A stretch of 64,000 nucleotides of DNA from Salpingoeca rosetta (GCA_033442325.1 JAWQFM010000009.1:450807-514806), one strand, 5' to 3'; counted from the stretch's first letter, positions 1 through 15,893 are shown. Made by a program: numbers and translations. The notes: generated from the letters alone by a model not told the origin.

Positions 1-23
1 ACGTACGTACGTACGTAACGTAG

Positions 24-25
<2 letters not shown>

Positions 26-113
<88 letters not shown>
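26..113. repeat. (GT)n microsatellite
   Basis: Seen directly. Representative of dozens of GT/CA tracts in the window. Confidence 0.95.
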
Positions 114-116
<3 letters not shown>

Positions 117-880
117 TGTGCGCACATTTCTCGCTCCTTCTGTGATGCCTTCCCTCTGTGTCCCCTCCTTTTCATCTTCCTTCACACCAACATTTGTTTG
201 TTTCCTGTTGATCGTGTATATTGGAAACTCAACCAAGACGTGCGTGGAGCAAACACCCAAACAAACAACCGAATGAGAAGAGACAAACAACAACAACAAC
301 TACACAAACACGCGTCTGTCTTGTCGTGTCTGTTCTTGAACGAACAAACATCACAAACATCACGCACAAGAAAACGACGACGACATGACAACAACAACAA
401 CAAACGCAGAGGGTGCCATCTAAACAATGAGCAGAGCGCAGACGACAAAGCAGCCAAGAGCAATGTACACACGAACACACACACACACACGCGCGCGCGC
501 GCGTTTCTTCGCTCACGGGAAGCAGTAGGAAACGAGAACAGGACGACAAGAGAAGGGAACTGCAAGTATGAGGAGGGGCTGGTTTTGAAGTTGAATACAT
601 TGTGGAAAAAGAATGGATGCGAAGGAAACAGCAACTGCGCTTAAGGCAGTGATTCAAGTGAGCGGAACAAGAGGAGGGGGGGGGAAAGAGGATGAGAATT
701 GGGTCGAGGAGAAGGAGGCATTGGCTTGTGTGCGTAAACGACCAAAAACCACAACCACGATGGTGCACGCAGCACAGCCGGTGACAATGGATGGTGCAGA
801 CTCACCACAACATCAACACACACATGCGTCACTGACAAACAACAACGACATGACGCGGGCGACTATGATGCCAACAGCGC

Positions 881-1220
881 TCACTGCTCCTCAGGTTCAG
901 GCGCAGCAGCATCAGCATCTTCATCGGCGGCCTTTGCGCCATCGTCTCCGTCGACTGCTGGTTGTGCATCACCATCACCACCATCACCGTCAGCATCAGC
1001 ATCAGCATTGTCCGCTGGTTTCTCGTCATCACCAGCACCGTCCTCTGCCTTGTCCTCTGCTGGTGCTGTCGCGCCGTCGTTTTGTGCGTCGCCACTCGCA
1101 TCTGCGTTGGTGCTGTCACCGCCATCATCTTCCGCCTTCTTCTCGCCATCGACCTCATCGGCCTCCCCTTGCTCTGCACCATCAGCAGCATCACCAGGCT
1201 TGCTATCGTCACCACCCTTG

Positions 1221-1259
<39 letters not shown>

Positions 1260-2768
1260 CCGTCACCATCACCGTCACCATCACCGTCACCGCTATCCTT
1301 CACTTTCGCACCATCACCATCACCATCACCATCACCGCTGTTCTCAGCCTCAGCCTTTGCGCCCTCATCCTCGTCTCCTGCGTTCGTCGCTTCTGTCTCT
1401 TCTTGCTGCGGCGGTGCGCGCGCCGCTGCCCGCTTCGACACAACGCCCTTGATAATCTCTGTAGTAGGTGGCAGTGTGTGGTGTGCGTGTGCGTGTGCGT
1501 GTGCGTGTATATCCGTGAGTGAATGATGAGGGTGAGGTTTTGTTTGGGGGTTGGGGGGTTGGCACAAGGGAATGCAAACGAACGTGAAAGTGAATACAGA
1601 AAGCAAGACGAACACAACTACGCGAAAGGAACAAGCACATAGAACATGGAACACCAACAGGCAGAGCAGGACCGACTGTGACTTACGATCGAGGAGGGTC
1701 TCAGCCACAGACGATGCGCCGAGCCGCTGCTCCACCGCGTCCATCAGCCATGGCATCACCTGCGTCTCAATTTCTGTGCGACAGAAACACAACAGGAACA
1801 CACACAAAATCGTAACATGGGTCAGACTTGCATCAACGACGAAAGGGACACGCACGCACACGCAGAGATGGAGAGAAGACACATACACAGATACGCGCAC
1901 ACGCATGCACGCACGCACGGACAGAGAGCACACACATACACACACAACACGGAATTCACCCACCCACCCACATGCACAGAGCACACGCACCGCGCTCTTG
2001 CTGGTCGTAGAAGAAGCCGTGGTCGCTGAGGGAGGAGAAGACAGAGGGCACGAGGGTGGAGAGGTAGCTCTGTGCAAACGCGCGTGCGGCAATCTTCTCT
2101 GCCGTCTCCTTCTGCTGCTGCAGCGCCTCCCGCTGCTCGGCAATGCGCGCGTCCTTCTCGGCCTCACGGCGGCGGGCTGCCTCCTCCAGCCGCTGCATCT
2201 CCGCCAACTCTGCCGAGCGAAGGTCCTCAAACTCGCGCTGGTGGTCGCGCAGCTTGTCGAGCTCTTCCTCCTCCATCACCTCCATCAGGGCCTGCTCCAT
2301 CGTCTTGCCCACAAGCACCTCCAAGATGGGCTTCACCTCAATGTCAAAGTCAAAGAGGTCGCCCTCGAGGATCTGTGTTGCCACGTCGACGCCCGTCTTT
2401 GGCGGGATGAACAGCGGCGACGGCGGCCTGTCCATAAACGGGTCCGTCTGTGTCTGCACGTCTGTCTCCTCCACGCGGTCTGTGAGCTCCTCCAAGTACA
2501 GCTCAGTCTGCACGTCCATGTGCTTGCGGCCGTCGACAGCCTCCGGGGTGCGCGGTCGTGCCTTGTCCTGCGCCTTCTTCCGCGCCCGCCGCCGCCGGGC
2601 CATCTCCTGCTTGCGCTGAATCTCGAGCGGATCCGGTTGTTGCGACTGCATGCGTGTATGCGTGTATGCGTGTGTGTGTGTGTGTGTGGTTTGCAGGCAC
2701 AACAATGAGTCGAGATGGGGAGGGAGAAGGGTGCGTGTGAGGAAGTATGTGTTTTGCGAGTTTGTGTG

Positions 2769-2818
<50 letters not shown>

Positions 2819-3537
2819 CTCTGTGTGCGCTGTGTGTTTTGTGCGCTCTGTGTGTGTGTGTGTGTGTGCAAGCATGCGTCCAAGTGTATTTTGTGTGTGC
2901 ATGGTTTGGTGCGCCGTATGGAGGTGATTCGTACCGCTGGGAGCGTCTGTTGACGATAGGTGTTGCCGCGCACAATGCGTGGGTCGAACATCATGTGCCC
3001 CACAGGCCGCTTGTTCGTTTTCCTGTTGACCAAGCGAGGGAGTGAAAGAGAAGAAGAAGAAGTTGTGTGTTGGTGTGTGGGTAAGGGACAAGGCAGGGTG
3101 CGGTAGGGAAGGCCAAGAGACAAGGAAATAGACATGCATGCACACCAACATCGGCCCCGATGCACAGGTACAACAAACGCACGGACACACACGAGTGACA
3201 GGCAAGCAGACAGGTAAGGTACGTTAACGGAGTTCCGTACACACGCACACAGTTCCACATACACACACAGTTCCACATACACACACAGTTCCACATACAC
3301 ACACAGTTCCACATACACACACAGTTCCACATACACACACAGTTCCACACACACACACACACACGCACACATACACACACACACACACACGTACTGCATG
3401 TGTGTTGTGGATGATGTTGATGCGGGCTCACGGAACTTCTTGCGTGATCCTGAGACTGCGCGAGGCTGCGACGCGAACGTGTACGTCGTCGTCGCAGACG
3501 GGTTCGTGGGTGGAATCGCCGCCATGCTGCCGCTCAT
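881..3537 (-). CDS. RSPH3: Flagellar radial spoke protein 3 (RSP3), ~5 exons, acidic low-complexity C-terminal tail
   Basis: Exons ~3537-3394 ([20 protein letters not shown]), ~3030-2934 ([14 protein letters not shown]), ~2647-1992 ([82 protein letters not shown]), ~1775-1687 and ~1460-881. These are hallmark RSP3 motifs. Confidence 0.93.
3245..3350. repeat. 18-bp tandem repeat (CACACACAGTTCCACATA) x ~6 in RSPH3 intron 1
   Basis: Head-to-tail copies with no spacers, seen directly. Confidence 0.9.
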
Positions 3538-3878
3538 GTCCTCTCGCACAAACAAAAGACAGAAAGTGGTTGGCTGTTGGTTCTTGGTGCTGGCTGGTGC
3601 TGTAGCCGTGCTGTTTGCCAAGGCGGTGCTGTCGTCAACCACAAACGAGAGCGATCAGGTGTGTCTGTGGTGTGTCGTGGTTATGTAGATCACGGAGTAT
3701 AAGCGAGGCGCGTCAGGGCTTGCTCTCCCACACGCTGCTGTGCTGGGTGTCGTCTCGGTGTTTGGTGTTTGCGTTCCTTCCTTTCCCTCCTCTGTTCGCT
3801 TCTTGGGTGTTGGGCGTCAGGGTGTGTGGTTGTGTGTGTGGTTGGTGTGCGCGCTTCTGCCTTCTTGTCGCCTTGCTT

Positions 3879-3892
3879 GGTACCTTGGCAAC
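3879..3892 (-). promoter_or_regulatory. Candidate RFX X-box (GTTGCCAAGGTACC) upstream of RSPH3
   Basis: Matches the X-box consensus GTTNCCATGGNAAC with an intact GTTGCCA half-site, ~340 bp upstream of the start codon of a ciliary gene. Confidence 0.6.
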
Positions 3893-4113
3893 AAAGTTGG
3901 AATAGTGTCTGGTGCAGAAAACAGCCGGGAGGAATCGGAAAACATTCTGTGCCCCAAACGCAAAATTGACTTTGATGTTTGATGCACTTCATGATGTCGT
4001 GTTCATCTCTGAGGAATCAATTCGTCGCGCAAAACGCAAGCAAGCGCGCGAGACAGCAGCGACACGAGGACGAAGCCCTAGAAGCACTCGATGTGCTACA
4101 CCTGTACACGACG

Positions 4114-5403
4114 ATGCCGCTGATGATGAAACAGCCTATGCTGCAGATGCGGGTGATGATCACGGCTCAGCAACGCCTGCAGCAACGCGTCGTGTGCTCT
4201 TCGTTGACGCTGGCGATCCTCCTTGTTGTCAGTACCATTGTGAGCGGGGAGGTGGTGCTGCTGGAGGACGATGCTGGCACGCTGTTCGTCAACACCACAA
4301 CGGCAGGTGCGAGCGTGTTTATCAACGGCGTGGACGTTGCACGCCTTCAGACCAGGGTGGATGAGCAGCACGCGATCCTGCAGGCGCAGCAGCGCGCTTT
4401 GGCCAAGTTGGAGGCAAGCCTGTGTCGACAGCGCGGTGTGTCCACAGACGTCACAAGCATCACCTGCTTCGGGGAAGGCAGTTCAAGGTGGCTTGGTGGC
4501 GTGGCGGCACAGGACGGCCGCATTTTCGCCATGCCAAGCGATGCAGATCACGTGCTCATCATCGACCCAAGCACCAACACGGTCGACACCACAACGCTCA
4601 GCGGTCTTGGTGACCAGGAAATTAAGTGGGGTGGCGCTGTCCTTGCTGACAACGGCCTCATCTTTGGCATGCCGTGCTTTGCCGATGCCGTTCTCGTCAT
4701 TGACCCCGTCCAGAACACGCTCGACGCCACGTCCATGCAGGCGACATTTGCGTCACCAGGTTACCTCAGCGGCGTCCTAGCACCGAACGGCCTCATCTTC
4801 GCCATTCCATGGTCTGCAAGGGCTGTGCTGATCATCAACCCCGAAACGCTCGCGTTGGACACAACAACGATGCCTGTGCCAATAATCAGAGTCTCCAAGT
4901 GGTATGGGGGCGTGGTCGCGCCAAACGAGCTCATCTACTGCGTGCCGCGCCGTGCCGATGCTGTCCTCATCATCAACCCAGCTACGAACACAACAGACAC
5001 AACCACCATCACAGGCTTTGGGGTAGAGCTCAAGTGGCGCGGCGCGGTGCTTGCACGCAACGGCCTCATCTACGGCATGCCCGAGCATGAGTCGTCTGTC
5101 CTGATCATCGACCCAGCCACCAACACCACCGACACGACCACGCTGCAAGTTGCTGCTGATGTGGCGGATCAGCGCTGGGGCGACACTGTTCTTGCGCGCA
5201 ACGGCCTCGTTGTGGGCTTTCCAGCCGACTCGGCGAGTGTGCTGCTCATCAACACTAACACCAACACGGTGGACACGACATCGCTGCCCGTCAACCGCAC
5301 TGTCAACGCGTGGTGGGGCGGTGTGCTGGATGAATCAAGCGGCCTCATATATGCAATCCCGCGAGACAGCAACGCCGTCCTCGTCATCGATCCTGGCTGC
5401 TGA
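4114..5403 (+). CDS. Intronless predicted secreted/membrane protein: hydrophobic N-terminus, short beta segment plus coiled coil, then a 7-repeat beta-propeller
   Basis: ORF 3979-5403, with the likely ATG at 4114 or a downstream Met. Hydrophobic stretch LTLAILLVVSTIVSG. Seven ~45-aa repeats W.GGVLAPNGLI[YF].[MI]P..A..VLII[DN]P.TNT.DTT. Confidence 0.8.
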   Translation: MPLMMKQPMLQMRVMITAQQRLQQRVVCSSLTLAILLVVSTIVSGEVVLLEDDAGTLFVNTTTAGASVFINGVDVARLQTRVDEQHAILQAQQRALAKLEASLCRQRGVSTDVTSITCFGEGSSRWLGGVAAQDGRIFAMPSDADHVLIIDPSTNTVDTTTLSGLGDQEIKWGGAVLADNGLIFGMPCFADAVLVIDPVQNTLDATSMQATFASPGYLSGVLAPNGLIFAIPWSARAVLIINPETLALDTTTMPVPIIRVSKWYGGVVAPNELIYCVPRRADAVLIINPATNTTDTTTITGFGVELKWRGAVLARNGLIYGMPEHESSVLIIDPATNTTDTTTLQVAADVADQRWGDTVLARNGLVVGFPADSASVLLINTNTNTVDTTSLPVNRTVNAWWGGVLDESSGLIYAIPRDSNAVLVIDPGC

Positions 5404-5834
5404 GTTGCTGCTCATGGTGGTGGTGGTGGTGGTGTTTGTGTGTGTGTGTGTGTGGAAGTGTACATGGTAACTGTAACTGTAGCTGTGTAGGTTCAGTTGT
5501 GTGTTGATGTGTTGGTGGTGTACGTGCGCGATTGGCTCCTGCTCAAGCAATACAACCTTTGCTCAAAACTGTGATGATTGCAACTCGGCGATGTGCACGT
5601 GTGTGTGTGAGTCTTTGTCTCGACATTCTTCGCGCCACCAAAGGATGGTTGATGATCGGGAGGGAGAACAAAATTCGCATGCTCCACTGAAATGGTTTAT
5701 TCACATCATGGCATCTCTTGTGGTGTGTGTGTGTGTGGGGGGGGGGGGGCTTTGATGGATGGATTGGCGGAAGCAAGAGCAGGCATTGGTGAGAGGGTAA
5801 GGTAACAAACTCAGCGAGAAGGAGCATTGAGTGG

Positions 5835-8238
<2,404 letters not shown>

Positions 8239-8250
8239 CGCTGACTGTCC

Positions 8251-8369
<119 letters not shown>

Positions 8370-8592
8370 AAATGAAAATGTGAGTCTTCAATGAAACCTT
8401 GTGCTTGCTCAACGCTGGAAGAGGAGGGCGTGTGTCCGTGTGTCGTGGGCGCTGCAGATAGGAAACTGGTGGGTGGGCTGGCTGGTGGTGTTTGTTTGTA
8501 TCGTCGACAGCTCAAGTCCTGAACAATGGCTGAAGACACACATAATTTTCGGCATATCGCGGACGGTGCGTCATCCCAGCCATCCAGCCATC

Positions 8593-8647
<55 letters not shown>

Positions 8648-8662
8648 CAACACACCAATAAG

Positions 8663-11600
8663 ATGTATGTGTACGTGGGTGTGTTCCTTCTTGGCTTGGT
8701 CCTTGGCTCCGGTGGTGTGCTGCTCGTTGCCTTCCACTTGTACAAGCGCTGGATGGCCATGCAGGAGAAGGTCACCTTGAAAGAGCAGGCATACGTCGAG
8801 CCACGTCCATCCACAGTGCGTGCTGCTTCTGCGTGCATGTGTGTGCGTGTGTGGGCGTACACGCGTGTGGGCGTGTGTGTGCGCACGTGTGTGAAGTGTG
8901 AACATTTGTAATTTTGATAAGCTACACAGTGTCGATGATGCGGATTTGATCGGTACTCATGCACACACACAACCTGACACACACACACACACACAAACTC
9001 ACGCACACACAAACTCACGCACACACACATACACACACACACACACACACTCACGCACACGCACATACACACACACACACACACACACATATGCCTTCCC
9101 ATCTCCACCACCGCGTCCGACGCAGGGCACTCGGGAATTCTTGGAGAAGCACCCGTACCACCACGCGCATCAGAATGACACAATGCAGCCAGAGAGCGTG
9201 GAATGCTTGAATGTGCTGTTTGACTTCCTCTTCTTCCAGCTCAGGGACACCATCCGCGTGCGCAGACACGTCCTCAAGCTCATTGATAGAAACTTGGCGT
9301 TTCTCATGAACAAGTCCAGCCTGGGCAACATCTGCAAGCGAATGAAGGTGGCGACAATGGCAACACGTCCAAGCTGGCAACGCGCGTGCTTTGCGCTTGC
9401 ATGCACATGTGTGCTTGTGTGTGCTTGTGTGTGCTTGTGTGTGCTTGTGTGTGTGTGCACATGTGTTTGTACGCGTGTATGTGCTTGTACATGTGTGTGG
9501 GCGCATATTTTGGTGTGTTCGGCCACAAAGTTCGATTGCGTTCCTGTTCATGCTGATAGCACTTCTCACGTGCCATGCGACTGTGCCAGGTCATTGATGT
9601 GAAGCTTGGCAGCGAGATGCCGCACCTTAGCGACGTGAAGATTGTTCGGCCAGCTGTTGGTGCCATCGGCAGCAGCGACGTGAGTCTGTGCACACGCGAG
9701 CGGGAGAGTGTGTGCGTGCGTGTGCGTGTGTTTGTTTGTGTTTGCCTGTGTGTCACCTGTGTGCACTTGCGTACCAGCTTGCGTACCAGCTTGTGTACCA
9801 GCTTGTGTACCAGCTTGTGTGCTGGTGTGCTTGTGTGATGTAGTTGCGGTGCTGACCTTGTTCTACTCTCAATGCACGACGCTGAGGTGTTTGCTTTGCG
9901 TTGTCCACGAATTGCTGTTGACAACAGGTGCTGGATTTGGATGCCACCCTCCTCTACAAGTCAGTGTATTCTTTGCAGTGGTTGCGTGCGTGCGTGCGTG
10001 CGTGCGTGTGTTTGTGTGTGCGTGTGTTTGTGTGTGCGTGTGTGTGTGCGTGTGTGTACGCGTGTCTGTGTGCTTGCCATGGGGAGCTTGCCTCATGCAT
10101 ATGTGTTGTGATGCGGCTCACAATGGCTTATTTGCGTGTGTGCGTGTCTGTTGTCATTATAGGGGCAAGTTCAACGTGCGCATCGAAGCAGACGTGGTAC
10201 GTGGTCTTGCTTGCGTGTGCGTGTGTGTATATGCTCGTGTGCGTGTGTGCAGTGCCTTTGCTACTGGATCGCTGACATGTGCTGCACCACAACTGCGCCA
10301 CTCCCAAACGGTTGGCACCTCCCAATACAGATCTTCCAGCGCAAAGCAACGCTCTCCATCACCATCGTTGAACTGCGGGGGCGTGCACGCTTCTCGGTTC
10401 GTCGTTGTGTACGCGCATGTCACTGTGTCACGATGTTTGTGTGTGTGTGCGCGTGTCTGTGTGCATGTCTGTGTGTGTGTGTGTGTCTGTGTGCATGTCT
10501 GTGTGCATGTGTAGCTGCTTGCAAGAGTGGTGACTGTACTCAGGCCACGCATTGGTCCCCTTCCCCTTCCAACAACGCCCCCCACACACACATGCACATG
10601 CTTGGCAGTTCCGCTCGGAACCACATCCCCACTGGACATTTGGATTTCTTGAGCAGGGTGACGAGCCGCACATCGACTTGGAGGTCGGGCCCATTCACGT
10701 GACAATGGCAGTCTGAGTGAACTTATGTTTTGGTTGTCGGTGGGGGGGGGGGATGGTTTGCTCGCATGGCTGTGCTTGGGCTCGATGTTAAAGACAATGG
10801 ACTGTGGTGTTGGTACACGACCCTCCTTTCACATAACACACATGAACATACCCCTGCATCAGTTTACAAGCATTCACCTTCACGCGAACATACCCCTTCA
10901 CACGTGTGCGCTCCGGCTCGTTTGAAGGTTGAGGCGCTGATTGACAACCACCTCTTCCGCCAACTCGGCAGTATGGTCATCTACCAGGTACACGCGCCGC
11001 TGCTGTTACTGTTGGTGAACGTGGTGGCGGTTGTTGTTGGTGCTGCTGTTGCTGTTGGTGGGCACGCAGGCCGCTTCGCTCGTTGCTGTTTGCCTGGTGA
11101 CATTCATCCACCCACACTCCTGCCACCATCACCAGCATCACCATCCCCGTTGGTTCACGACGACCACACGACGTACACGCGTTGCCTCCTGCAGATCAGG
11201 GCAGCGCTGCGGAAAGTGCACACGATCCCGGCCCCGAGCGACGATGACGACGACCACGGACCCCCGAAGCAGAAGATGAGGTGGGTGGCCGTGGTGGCCC
11301 TGGTGGTGACTACTTTGGTGGTGTTTAGTGGTGGTGTTTAGTGGTGGTGTTTAGTGGTGGCTTGTGGTGGTGGGGACAGTACTGTAATCGTAGCTCCTTG
11401 ATGAATTTTTGCGGCCTTTTGTACCCTCATATCTCTTCACGTCATTCAAACTTACAAGCAAAATTACACACACACATGCACGTCTGCCAGATATGACCCA
11501 TTCTTCACGCGTCCACTCGCACTGGCCGACACTGCCCGCAGACTGGTGAGCGAACCGCTGTGTTGTTGCTGATGATGGCTCACGTGTCTCAACCCACTCG

Positions 11601-12762
11601 CGTACACATCACTCGCATGCACATCACTCGCACGCACATGACTCACTCATCCCCTCTCGTGCTTGGTCTAACACCGTGGCGTTGCTGCTGTTGACGTGCG
11701 CGTCTGTGGCCGCAGCACATTGACAACCAGGACATCTTCACGGGTCGACTCACCGTTGAAGTCATTGGCTGTCGCCACCTCCAGGTGCTGCGCCTCTGCC
11801 AAAGGCTCTTGTGTGTGCGTGTGTGTGTGTGCGTGCGTGTGTGTGTGTGTGCGTGTGCGTGTGTGTGTGTGTGTGTTTTCCCATCACACCTGTGGCTCAT
11901 GTGTCGTTCATCCTCGTTGCACTCGTGCTCACCCCTCTTCGTGTGTTTGACGCGCGAATGGGGATGCGACGGCACACAACGCAGAACACCCGGCCTGATC
12001 GCTCCATCTTCGTGACGCTTTCGCTGTATGCGCACACGCACGACGAAGAGCACGACATCGAGGGCGCACACGAGCGAGAGGTGAGGCATTGCATTGCACG
12101 CGGAGTTGTGGTGTGGCGTGGCTTGATGTGGGATGCATGTGTGTGATTTTTGTGTGTGTGTGTGTGTGTGTGTATGCTGTTTTGACAGTCCACAGCAATT
12201 GCAAGGCTGCAGCCTGCCCGTGTTGCACTTAGAGCCCTCTTCACACACATACACACACACATACACACATACACAACTAGTTTGAAGTGTACAAGGCTGG
12301 GGCTGGAGCGACGATTGGCATCGCTTTTGATCAGGCAGACCCGATCATCACCGCCATCAAACCAGGGACGCCAGCAAGGTACACGTGCTCATGGTGCATG
12401 TATGTGTGCATGTGTGCGTGTACGTATATGTGTGCATGTGTGTTCGTGTACATGAGTGCGTGTGCATGTGTCGCCATCTGGAACTGCGTACACCTCAGCA
12501 TTGATGCCTCGTCATTCCGCTACAAACCGATGGTTCACGAGTGACCCTTGTATTGCTTCATGCCTGTTCATGTCGCTGCTTCGTGTCTATAATCCATCCG
12601 TATCCACATATCGTTGTTCACACTTCGCGCCGGCCAACAGCGGCTCTGGTCTCTGCGAAGGCGACGTTGTCACCGCAGTCAACAACATCTCCGTCATCAA
12701 GTCAAAGCAGGTCTGCGCGTATGTGCGTATGTGCGTGTGTGTGTGTGCGTGTGCGTGTGCGT

Positions 12763-12821
<59 letters not shown>

Positions 12822-14026
12822 GGTTCTCCTTGGTGTGTTACTCGGTCGGCGTTTCCGTTGCTGTGCTCGCATGTGTGCTGCCCGTCATTCATCTATTCCC
12901 ACCTCACCACCACGACCACGTTTTCAACCGCCATTACCACCATCACCACCATCACCACAACTGTGGTGTGTTCAACAAGGCCCTCAAGCTCATCAAGGAA
13001 TCAGGCGTGAAGGTCCGGCTGCAGGTGATTCGGAAACAAAAGAAAACCGGACGCACAAACCGCCGTACGTGGCCGCGATGGTGGTGATGACAACATTGTG
13101 TGCGTGTGTGTGTACGTGTGTGCGTGAGTGCGTGTACGCGCGTGTGTGCGTGTGTGCGTGTGTGCGTGTGTGCGTGTACGCGTGTGTGTCCGTTTGTATC
13201 GACCTCAAGCTCACTCTCACTCTCATCTTTCTTCTTCCCGTTTCAAATTGCTTCGCTTTGATTGACAACCGGTGTAGGGGACAAGCGGGGCCGCTATTCT
13301 GAAACGCGCATCATGCCACCGTCGCCCAACCCGACGTTCAGAGAGGTTCACACGTTCCTGGTCACGCCGTCCACCCCGCAGCTGTACATCCATGTGTACG
13401 ACTGCAAGCTAAAGTAGGCGAATCCATGAGTGCAAGGAGAGGGGTTGACAATCAGTTTTGGAGGCGTGTCAATCGTGGTGGGGTGTCGTTGCAGACTGCC
13501 TTCAAGCAGACCTGACACAGCGCATATCCTGGATATGCACACGACACATCGCAATTTCGCACATCACACTACATCGTATCACACACACACACACACACAC
13601 ACCTCACACACGCACACACACGCACACACACCTCACACACGCACACACACCTCACACACACACATGGGCTACCCACACGGCAGCAAGCAGAAGCACGCGA
13701 GGAAGAAGTATCTGCTCGGATTCGCTGCCCTTGATCTCGAGGAGACGGCGCTGTTCTGTGTTGCAAATCAGGTCAATTGTTGTGGTGCTGGCGCTATTGT
13801 TGTTGTTGTGGTGCTTTCCACGCTGTGATGGCGGTGTTGTGATTGTGTGCTGGTCGCGCATGTCTCACCGTCGTGTGTGCCTGTCGCTCACATGCGCTGT
13901 CTGATGATAACGCTGATGGTTGTCATGACCACCAGTCCAAGCTGTTGAAGTTGAAGCGGCTGCAGACTGCACAACTCGAAGGCGCTCCACCGGCCGGATT
14001 CATCAAACTCCTCCTGCAGGTACACA

Positions 14027-14059
<33 letters not shown>

Positions 14060-14268
14060 GTTGCTGTTGCTGTTGTCCCGGAAGAGGAAGAGTATGATGG
14101 TGGTGTGCGTGTGTGTGTGTGTCACATGGGTTGTTGTCGAGGTGGGCGAGTGCTTGTTGCTGAATGTGCATGTGTCTGGTGCCTTACATCATTGGCTCAC
14201 ACGATGCGACGATGTTGAATATGTTTGCAGCACACGCCTACACCCGTACCAAAGGACGAGGTTCGTAA

Positions 14269-14328
<60 letters not shown>

Positions 14329-15645
14329 GCATGCGTTCACCCTGCATTCGAACCAAATATCAATCCAGCTTACTCGTGCACTGTTCTCGTTGCACATCGC
14401 CACCATCATCGCCATCATCACAGGCTGCTCCGTATCCGTCGTTGTCGCGCCGTCCCCGCGCCACTTCAGTCACAGACGCGGTCCGTGTTCGTGCCCTCGT
14501 GTGTGGTGGTGGTGGTGGTGTGTGTGTGTGTTGGTGATGCCGGACGCTCAGACTCATTCACATGCACATGCACGCATACACATGCACATGCACACACACA
14601 CACACATGCACATGTACACACCCCCATCACCATCACCACCTCCAGGAGGGTGGGCTGGTGTCGGTTCAGTGGAGCGGCAGCGCAGATGCGGACGACGACG
14701 GAGACGAGGACGCGGGCTTGGCGGCTGCCAGCTCATCGCTCGCTGGTGATGACGACAGCTTTGATCACGGTCACTCGCGTCCCGTCAGTCCGTCGTCAGG
14801 GAGCGACTCATCACGGCTGCGGCGGCGGCGGGGGCGCAAGGAACCAGACACGCCACAGTCCATGGCAAAGCGGGCACTCGACACAAGCGTAGGGCTTTTT
14901 GTGTTCGTGGCTGATGGTGTATTGCGTGTGTTTGTTTGCTCGCTTTTGCTTGCCGTGGTTGATACTGTGATCGTGTGTATGCGATGTTCATGTTGCTGTC
15001 GCCTTGTGTTTGCTCTTTGATGTTGCTTGCATGCAACCCATGTCCATGCCACCAATTCATTCACACCACTCTGCTCTGCCCGCGCTTCTGCCACCACCAC
15101 CACCTTCACCGCCACTATCGCCACATTATGGTTGACACTGCAACCAGACGGACTTTGACATGTTTGCGCAGGTGCCCGTACACGAACGTCGTCCCAAGTT
15201 GGAGGCACTGATGAACGAGCTTGAGAGAATGGTCAGCAGGTGGCGTGGGATGTGGCCTCCGCTGTTGTGTTGTGTTGTGTTGTGTTGTGTTGTGTTGTGT
15301 CGTGTGCGCGTGTCATTCTCTGTACTTCTTTGTGCGGACCACGTCTCGGTGCCTGCTCACCCACCGCTCATTGTCTGTCTGCATGCGCAAGCACAGCTGG
15401 AACTTGAGGCCATCACACGTAAAGACATTGAGGAGCAGATGAAACTGCCAGACCAGTCCGACAGCGAATCAGAGAGGTGCCGTGCCGTCTTGTCGCGCTG
15501 TTGTTGTTGACCGGGGGAGCTTGTGCTTGTTGTCGTTTCCTCGAGTTGTTTTGCTGTCCAAGTCGTTGTTTCACCACCAGCACCACCAGCACCACCAGCA
15601 GCGGTTTTACTTGTTGTTCTCGTCGTTGCACCTTTGTCACCAATA

Positions 15646-15736
<91 letters not shown>

Positions 15737-15893
15737 CACACACACGCACACACACACACACACCCGCTGCAGGTTACGTGAGAATCTGCGAATGTCTGAC
15801 GAGCGGAGGGATTTTCTGCACCACCGCGCGCTCAAGTGCGCCAGTGCCATCATTTCCTGCGACGAAGAACTCTCCATGCTGTCATCTTCATGA
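8663..15893 (+). CDS. PDZD8: PDZD8-like SMP/C2/PDZ lipid-transfer tether with N-terminal TM and C-terminal coiled coil, many small exons
   Basis: TM YVGVFLLGLVLGSGGVLLVAF. SMP: ESVECLNVLFDFLFFQLRDT, VIDVKLGSEMP, LSITIVELRGRARF, EPHPHWTFGFLE, IRAALRKVHTIP, RYDPFF. PDZ: ATIGIAFDQADPIITAIKPGTPA..GLCEGDVVTAVNN..ALKLIKESGVKVRLQV. Terminal coiled coil ends in ..EELSMLSSS*. Confidence 0.82.

Noticed and set aside
1-26. (ACGT)n-like run at the window start
   Set aside because: Short, at the sequence edge and next to a microsatellite. More likely a read-end or sequencing artefact than a telomere or functional element.
28-838. ORFs upstream of the RSPH3 3' end and the many CVCVCV/HTHTHT ORFs throughout the window
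   Set aside because: These are translations of GT/CA microsatellites, which lack stop codons. They have no coding signature.
3245-3350. 18-bp repeat array as a possible CRISPR
   Set aside because: No unique spacers, no cas genes and an intronic eukaryotic context. It is an ordinary minisatellite.
9773-9820. 12-bp tandem repeat (GTACCAGCTTGY) x4
   Set aside because: Short intronic slippage repeat with no sign of function.
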